A stretch of DNA of 61,474 nt from an uncultured Candidatus Saccharibacteria bacterium (lineage in GTDB: Bacteria; Patescibacteriota; Saccharimonadia; Saccharimonadales; UBA10212), in the NCBI GenBank assembly GCA_964483315.1, contig CAZAAL010000003.1, positions 90,805-152,278 on the forward strand, read 5' to 3'. The position numbers and the translations under genes were made by a program. Numbering within the stretch: the first letter of the stretch is position 1; each line of letters begins with the position of its first letter. Below the pieces are notes generated by a model. That model was not told the DNA's origin. It saw only the letters and a program-made list of their open reading frames with translations, and searched no databases. Positions 56,251 through 61,474 of this stretch are shown here, piece by piece.

Positions 56251-57855
56251 ATGCTTTTTGTAGTGAAAAAGTGGTTATTGGTTATAGTTTTGGCTTGCGC
56301 CCAGTTTATCATGGTGCTTGATAGTACTGTAATGAATGTCTCTATATCAGAGGTAGTATCCGATTTGGGCACGACAGTATCAGGGTTACAAGCCGCCATT
56401 ACTTTTTATACATTAACTATGGCCGCTTTTATGATGACTGGTGGCAAGTTTGGCGATAAACTTGGTCGTTTAAAAGCATTTAGAATCGGAGCAATAATCT
56501 ATGGCATCGGTTCACTGATTACTGCCCTAAGTCCAAACCTCGAAACTTTAATGATCGGCTGGTCAGTAATCGAAGGACTTGGAGCTGTCTTAGTTATCCC
56601 TGCTATTGCAGCTTTGATTGCCATGAACTATAAAGGCAAAGATCGAGTAGTTGGTTTTACGCTAATCGGTGCAGCAAGCGGTGTAGCAGTGGCAGCCGGA
56701 CCACTTATCGGTGGTTATGTGACAACTTATTTTTCTTGGCGCTATGTTTTTGCAGCCGAAACAGTCATCATGGCCCTAATCTTGCTATATTCTTTGACTA
56801 TGCCAAAAGCCAAAAAAATTACATCTAAAGTTAAGATAGATGGTCTCAGCGTGTTTTATTCGGCTAGCGGAATGGCTTTATTTGTGTTTGGTATTTTACA
56901 AAGTAAAACCTGGGGCTGGGTTGTGCCAAAATCAAAACCAGAAGTCAATGGCAATGAGCTTGCACCACTTGGTGTATCGTTAGTTATATATCTAATTATT
57001 GCTGGACTCTTAACTTTGTATGTTTTTTATAGGCGACAGCAGACACTAGCCGAAAAAGGTCAGGATCCACTACTTGATGTCTCAATGCTAACAATCAAAG
57101 AACTCAGAGCCGGACTTGGGGTTTTAAGTGGCCAATATTTAATTACTGCCGCAATGTTCTTTGTGATCCCAATTTATCTTCAAATGGTCCTAGGCTACGA
57201 TGCTCTAAAAACTGGCATGAAAATTTTCCCTCTGTCAGTTGCTATAGTTATATCTTCTATGTTAGGTTCAAGGTTGGTCAACAAGTATAGCCCAAGGCAG
57301 ATAATTAGATTAGGCCAGCTTTGCTTGATAATTGGCGCCGTGTTGCTTACAGCTTCTATCAATCCGGATATGGAAGGCTGGCTGTTCGGAGCATCTTTAT
57401 TTATAGCTGGTCTTGGTCTTGGTTTGCTGGTTTCGCAAATTGGCAATGTAACTATGTCATCTGTCCCAGAATCTAAATCGTCAGAGGTTGGTGGGCTTCA
57501 AGGTACGTTCCAAAACCTAGGCGCTTCGCTTGGTACGGCGCTTATTGGGTCAGTTATGATTGCCTCGTTAACTACTAATTTTGTTAATTCGGTAGATCAA
57601 AACCCTTCACTGCCACAAAACGTAAAAACGACCATATCGGATAATTCAACTGCTGGTATACCAATTGTATCGGCTAGTGATGTTGAAGAGTACGCCTTGC
57701 AAGCAGGGTTATCTCAATCTGATGCCGAATCATTAAGCGATGAATATCAAAGTTCGCAAATATCAAGCCTTAAGGCCTCTATGGTCTTTTTGGTTGGGCT
57801 TGCTATCCTGACACTATTACTATCGCGAAATATTCCAAATAATAAAATCGCCTAA
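56251..57855 (+). CDS. MFS transporter, DHA2 (14-TMS, EmrB/QacA-like) family
   Basis: LDSTVMNVSI and motif-A-like GKFGDKLGRLKAF, with about 14 TM helices. The ATG at 56251 is preferred over the TTG at 56227. Confidence 0.85.
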   Translation: MLFVVKKWLLVIVLACAQFIMVLDSTVMNVSISEVVSDLGTTVSGLQAAITFYTLTMAAFMMTGGKFGDKLGRLKAFRIGAIIYGIGSLITALSPNLETLMIGWSVIEGLGAVLVIPAIAALIAMNYKGKDRVVGFTLIGAASGVAVAAGPLIGGYVTTYFSWRYVFAAETVIMALILLYSLTMPKAKKITSKVKIDGLSVFYSASGMALFVFGILQSKTWGWVVPKSKPEVNGNELAPLGVSLVIYLIIAGLLTLYVFYRRQQTLAEKGQDPLLDVSMLTIKELRAGLGVLSGQYLITAAMFFVIPIYLQMVLGYDALKTGMKIFPLSVAIVISSMLGSRLVNKYSPRQIIRLGQLCLIIGAVLLTASINPDMEGWLFGASLFIAGLGLGLLVSQIGNVTMSSVPESKSSEVGGLQGTFQNLGASLGTALIGSVMIASLTTNFVNSVDQNPSLPQNVKTTISDNSTAGIPIVSASDVEEYALQAGLSQSDAESLSDEYQSSQISSLKASMVFLVGLAILTLLLSRNIPNNKIA

Positions 57856-57887
57856 AAATAACACCCCGTTGTAACGGGGTGTTTTTG
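57856..57887. terminator. Bidirectional intrinsic terminator
   Basis: AAAAATA-ACACCCCGT / TGTA / ACGGGGTGT-TTTT, between convergent genes. Confidence 0.8.
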
Positions 57888-57903
57888 GTAATTTAAATTG
57901 TAT

Positions 57904-58317
57904 TTATTTATTCGATTCGAAGTAAGCGTCGGCTTTAGAATTAAACAGGAAGTAAAGTACTAGTCCTGAAAATACTACTGCGAATAATCCGGCTGCACGT
58001 TGTTCTGAGTGTAGTGCCACTGTTGCCCACAAGCCAGCAGCTAAGTTTAGTGAAGCTACTACCGCATAAAGCATTCGAACAATGTTATTTGCTTGTCCAA
58101 GAGCCATAGCCAGAAGTAACTGAACTGAACCAAAAACAATTGCTACAATCCCGGCTGCTAAAACCTGATCGTTGCTATGAAATGATTGGTTTAAAAGCGC
58201 TACGTCGTTTCTGTCTAGTATTGCAAAAATACCGAGTGCAATATTAGCCAATCCAACTAGCGATCCGTAGACCATTAATAATGTAATTCCGAATGGGCGT
58301 TGTGTTGTTTGCGCCAT
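57904..58317 (-). CDS. Hypothetical membrane protein (4 TM)
   Basis: 137-aa hydrophobic ORF, family not recognised. Confidence 0.5.
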   Translation of the reverse strand: MAQTTQRPFGITLLMVYGSLVGLANIALGIFAILDRNDVALLNQSFHSNDQVLAAGIVAIVFGSVQLLLAMALGQANNIVRMLYAVVASLNLAAGLWATVALHSEQRAAGLFAVVFSGLVLYFLFNSKADAYFESNK

Positions 58318-58384
58318 GATTCCTCCTTGATTATTATTTCGCCCACCACTTATTTACTAATATAGCAATAAATATTTAATAAGC

Positions 58385-58418
58385 AAACAGCACTAGCGTT
58401 TTATAGCCAGTGCTGTTT
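58385..58418 (-). terminator. Hairpin downstream of the SHOCT gene
   Basis: AAACAGCACT ... AGTGCTGTTT 10-bp stem. The trailing T-tract is imperfect. Confidence 0.45.
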
Positions 58419-58435
58419 AACAATCTTAAGTTTAT

Positions 58436-58702
58436 TTAAAGACCTAATAGTTGCCGCTTTTTTGCATCAAATTCTTCTTGGGTTAAAATTCCCTGCTCTT
58501 TAAGTTGACCAAGCTTTTCAAGCTCTAGATAAACATCGTCTTGGCTTGCTTGTGGAGCTTCGGCAACTGGTTGCTGAGCTACTTGTTGTTGATCTTCAGC
58601 AGCCCATCTTTGCGCTTGCCTACGGCTTACGTTGTTTGACACGTGTGTTGCTGTTCCGGCAATAACGGCTGTTCGGGCTACGCCCCTCATTAATCCTGGC
58701 AT
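58436..58702 (-). CDS. SHOCT-domain protein
   Basis: C-terminal LEKLGQLKEQGILTQEEFDAKKRQLLGL is the SHOCT signature. Confidence 0.75.
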   Translation of the reverse strand: MPGLMRGVARTAVIAGTATHVSNNVSRRQAQRWAAEDQQQVAQQPVAEAPQASQDDVYLELEKLGQLKEQGILTQEEFDAKKRQLLGL

Positions 58703-58727
58703 TTTTTTACTTACTCCTTATATAATT

Positions 58728-59132
58728 TTAGTTTAATTCCGCTGCTGCTTCTGGGTGAATACGGCCCTCGGCAAGCAGTACTCCATTTGCATTTACAATC
58801 GCTTCTTTAAGGGGCTTTGCCCACAGATGCTCAACTACCAAAAGTCCGGCTGAGCAATTTTTTTCAATTAAATCTGCAACTTCTTCTATATCTTCAACAT
58901 CGGTATTTGCAACTGATGGTTTGTATTTTTCTACAAAACTAACTGCGTACTCATCGCCCAAGTCTGCAATATTAAGTTTGGTTACATTATCATCGCTATC
59001 TCGCATAACAAATGCTAAGTCTACTAATGCTATTACGCCACTGTCAATCGCCTCACCTAAGGCTTTTAAGATACTTCCATCAAATTTATTACCTTCGAAG
59101 CCGACGATAATGTAATCAATTGGTCCTCTCAT
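58728..59132 (-). CDS. Hypothetical protein, DUF6325/DUF1269-like by N-terminal pattern
   Basis: MRGPIDYIIVGFEGNKFDGSILKALGEAIDSGVIALVDLAFV. Families of this kind commonly pair with SHOCT proteins. The assignment is from memory. Confidence 0.45.
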   Translation of the reverse strand: MRGPIDYIIVGFEGNKFDGSILKALGEAIDSGVIALVDLAFVMRDSDDNVTKLNIADLGDEYAVSFVEKYKPSVANTDVEDIEEVADLIEKNCSAGLLVVEHLWAKPLKEAIVNANGVLLAEGRIHPEAAAELN

Positions 59133-59169
59133 TTTTATCTCCTGTTTAGAAAATTTATACTCTTAATAT

Positions 59170-59189
59170 TATAACACTTTTATAACACT
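59170..59189. repeat. Two copies of TATAACACT with 11-bp periodicity in a divergent promoter region
   Basis: Copies at 59170-59178 and 59181-59189. Confidence 0.5.
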
Positions 59190-59289
59190 AACATAATCGA
59201 TACTGTGTTTAGTTAACTGTAGCTGGAAGTGTTACTAGTTGCGTTTTGCCTAATATACAATCACACTGAGTAGCATAATAATTAAGAGC

Positions 59290-60999
59290 ATGTGGTTGAG
59301 TAACTTAAATAGGAACAAAATAAGTCGCTCTTGGCCGTTCTTTGTCTTTTCGATTGCTATAATTTTAATGTTCTTGTGCTTTAACTTTATTGATGCAAAA
59401 AACCAAGATGTAGATTGGATGTCAGCACAAGAGTGGTCGTATTTCCCAGGTGCAGAAGTGGTTAGTGACGGAGTTAGAATTATGCCGATAAACCGTGAAA
59501 TAAGCCACAAGGATACCTCTAAGGCTCAACCAAATCCACCAGTTAATGTCAGGAGCTCATCATTACAAGTTAGTGGCGATTTTAATATAGAAGCACAAAT
59601 ATATTCGGCAAAAAATGGAGCGGTTTTACAATTTTATGGTCGCACACCGGTTATTTACGATGAATGGCGACAAGAAAGAGCATCTGTTCGTTTAGAGCTT
59701 AACAAGGAAAGTCTGTCGGTAAGAATATGGGACGGGACTGCGGCAAATTCAATTGACGAACGGACTTATATACTGAGTGTAGCTGATGAAGATATAATTA
59801 GTATAAGCAAAGTAGATGACGAAATTATAATCAATCACGGCGCTAAAACACTGGGGACTATGCCTGCTCATAACATTTTTAAAGACGGGACAATTTGGTT
59901 TGGTGCCGATGCTAAACCTGGCACAGACGGCTGGATACTAAAATCCTTACGAGCGCGAAGTTTAGGCAAGGGCTCAGTAGATGTAATTGCATCGCTTTCC
60001 TCAAATAGTGACACAAACAAGTCGAATAGTTTAAGAAATCTAGCAACGGCTCACTCACGCCAGCTGCCAATTGGTGCCGCTATTGCTGTATATCCATTAT
60101 TTACTGATGAAAATTACCGTTCGATTGCTCTAGACGAGTTTAGTATGATGACGCTCGAAAATAGCATGAAGCCTCAGGCGATTCATCCAGGAAGGAATCT
60201 GTATACTTTTCAGGAGGCAGACAGCATGGTAGCAACAGCCCTAACAAACAAAATGCTAGTGCACGGTCACGCGCTTGTTATGCCAAAAGCAAATCCACAG
60301 TGGATGCAAGATACGACCGAAGCCGAGCGCCAACAAGTAATGATTGAGCATATAAACAGCGTAGTTGGTCATTATAAAGGCAAAGTAGCACAGTGGGATG
60401 TTGTTAATGAACCACTCTCCGAGGATGATATTGACTACTTTAACGAAAACCTAGGCCTACGTAGTCAAATCTGGTTTGATGCTATGGGCGAAGCTTACAT
60501 TGATGTTGCTTTTCACACTGCTCGTGCAGCTGACCCAACTGCCAAGTTGTTCATAAATGAATTTGGACTTGAAAAAGACGGAAAGCGCTGGGAAGCCTTA
60601 ATTGCTTTGATTAAACGACTCCAAGTACGGGGAGTTCCAATAGACGGAGTTGGTTTTGAAGCACATGTTTATCATGAACCTGATTTTATTGACCCGAATG
60701 TTTTGAGGCGACATATTCAGCAGTTGGCTAGCCTAGGTGTGGTTTCAAGAATATCTGAGATTGATGTATTAGGCGATGAACCAACGATGCAAGCCAGCCA
60801 ATACTCAGAGGTGTTAAAGGTCTGCTTAAGCGAGCCAACATGTACATCTTACGGCGTTTGGGGAATAACGGATTTATATGGCTCTACAACTCTGTCCGAC
60901 AGATACCCAATTAAACTTGGGGATAGCTTGTTATGGGGCTCTGACTACACACCAAAACCAGCGCTTAATGAACTGCAAAAGGTCTTATCAAATTACTAG
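59290..60999 (+). CDS. GH10 endo-1,4-beta-xylanase with an N-terminal TM anchor and a LamG/concanavalin-like domain
   Basis: GH10 motifs WDVVNEP (acid/base) and ISEIDV (nucleophile), plus FINEFG. Confidence 0.8.
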   Translation: MWLSNLNRNKISRSWPFFVFSIAIILMFLCFNFIDAKNQDVDWMSAQEWSYFPGAEVVSDGVRIMPINREISHKDTSKAQPNPPVNVRSSSLQVSGDFNIEAQIYSAKNGAVLQFYGRTPVIYDEWRQERASVRLELNKESLSVRIWDGTAANSIDERTYILSVADEDIISISKVDDEIIINHGAKTLGTMPAHNIFKDGTIWFGADAKPGTDGWILKSLRARSLGKGSVDVIASLSSNSDTNKSNSLRNLATAHSRQLPIGAAIAVYPLFTDENYRSIALDEFSMMTLENSMKPQAIHPGRNLYTFQEADSMVATALTNKMLVHGHALVMPKANPQWMQDTTEAERQQVMIEHINSVVGHYKGKVAQWDVVNEPLSEDDIDYFNENLGLRSQIWFDAMGEAYIDVAFHTARAADPTAKLFINEFGLEKDGKRWEALIALIKRLQVRGVPIDGVGFEAHVYHEPDFIDPNVLRRHIQQLASLGVVSRISEIDVLGDEPTMQASQYSEVLKVCLSEPTCTSYGVWGITDLYGSTTLSDRYPIKLGDSLLWGSDYTPKPALNELQKVLSNY

Positions 61000-61001
61000 C
61001 T

Positions 61002-61229
61002 TTAGAGGTTTTGGTTTCGAATTTTATCAAGTGTGTTTTGGGCTTGTTGCTCGGCGGCATCGGCATCTCTAGCTTGTCTTTCTAAATTTGATGCTTCGTC
61101 CTCTAACTGATTTGCCATTCGCTCTAAATCAGCAGCAGATTTGTGCATTGTTTTGGCTTGTTCACGGTGTTGCTTGGCTTGCAAGCGCGTCTGTTGCGCT
61201 GCGTTTCTTGTTTGATCCCCTGCTGTCAT
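61002..61229 (-). CDS. Small coiled-coil hypothetical protein
   Basis: 75 aa, Gln/Ala/Glu/Arg-rich heptad-like sequence. Confidence 0.4.
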   Translation of the reverse strand: MTAGDQTRNAAQQTRLQAKQHREQAKTMHKSAADLERMANQLEDEASNLERQARDADAAEQQAQNTLDKIRNQNL

Positions 61230-61376
61230 AGTGCCTCTTTTATTAATACTATTTTATCATATCTGGTTAGAAAGCGAGGGATTCGCCTCGCATTACTACA
61301 TAAACTTGCTACGGGCAACTTTTAGGCTATTAGGTAATAAGGATTTGCCTCTGCTAAACCCGCTGGCTCTACCATC

Positions 61377-61420
61377 AAAACAGGGCCGATGAACAGAATA
61401 AAGTCTACTCTTCGGCCCTG
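61377..61420 (-). terminator. Hairpin plus T-tract immediately after tRNA-Gln
   Basis: Minus strand: CAGGGCCGA / 22-nt loop / TCGGCCCTG followed by TTTT. Confidence 0.55.
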
Positions 61421-61474
61421 GCTAGGGAGGAGGGATTCGAACCCCCGAATGCCAGGACCAAAACCTGGTGCCTT
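61419..61474 (-). tRNA. tRNA-Gln (anticodon UUG), 5' part beyond the window edge
   Basis: The reverse complement reads AAGGCACCAGGTTTTGGTCCTGGCATTCGGGGGTTCGAATCCCTCCTCCCTAGCCA. Anticodon loop TTTTGGT (TTG), T-arm GGGGG-TTCGAAT-CCCTC, CCA encoded. Confidence 0.85.

Noticed and set aside
56169-56399. N-terminal extension of the K+ channel ORF (to 194 aa)
   Set aside because: The extension has no channel-like or TM features and overlaps the divergent MFS gene. A GTG with a GGGAG SD at 56168 gives a complete two-TM pore. The extension is kept as an open question in the findings.
61270-61295. Hairpin GCGAGG-GATTCG-CCTCGC between tRNA-Gln and the coiled-coil ORF
   Set aside because: It has a 6-bp stem and only a weak T-run on the minus strand, so its function is ambiguous. 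The stronger hairpin at 61377..61420 already explains termination after the tRNA.

Overview
This is a gene-dense bacterial chromosome segment of about 61.5 kb with low to moderate GC by eye. I call about 60 credible CDS, 3 tRNA genes (Glu-CUC, Leu-CAA, and a partial Gln-UUG at the right edge), and no rRNA, CRISPR array, transposase or integrase. TGA acts as a stop codon (ATGA stop/start overlaps at atpF/atpH, atpG/atpD and atpD/atpC), so the standard code 11 applies, not the UGA-recoded code. The gene content includes two sortases, many single-pass proteins with long N-terminal tails, Actinobacteria-like DUF membrane proteins in a low-GC background, NDH-2 plus an F1Fo ATPase, and stop-stop overlaps between convergent genes. 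This fits a reduced Gram-positive-type genome, possibly Saccharibacteria/Patescibacteria-like, but that placement is inference only. Housekeeping blocks are a histidine kinase/response regulator pair, gltX, xth-NUDIX-YjeF_C, smpB, queA, the complete atpBEFHAGDC operon, ndh, an FAD-linked oxidase, and a UvrD-type helicase-nuclease. Four regions deserve a second look. (1) A 58-aa ORF missing from the supplied track consists of little more than an LPNTG sorting signal. It sits directly upstream of a sortase and a processive GT2 polysaccharide synthase. (2) A NOX/ferric-reductase-type flavocytochrome is translationally coupled to a secreted Ig-repeat protein that ends in a cytochrome-b5-like domain, followed by two DUF4352-like proteins. 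(3) A cluster resembling the Firmicute WxL/Csc cell-surface complex has two tandem WxL-like paralogs, a DUF916/DUF3324-like anchor protein with an apparently cytoplasmic LysM, and a small membrane protein. (4) A ParB-like nuclease-domain gene is bracketed by 57-bp direct repeats that duplicate the 3' end of the neighbouring cobO-like gene, which looks like an insertion scar. All family assignments come from motif recognition by eye; no database search was possible.
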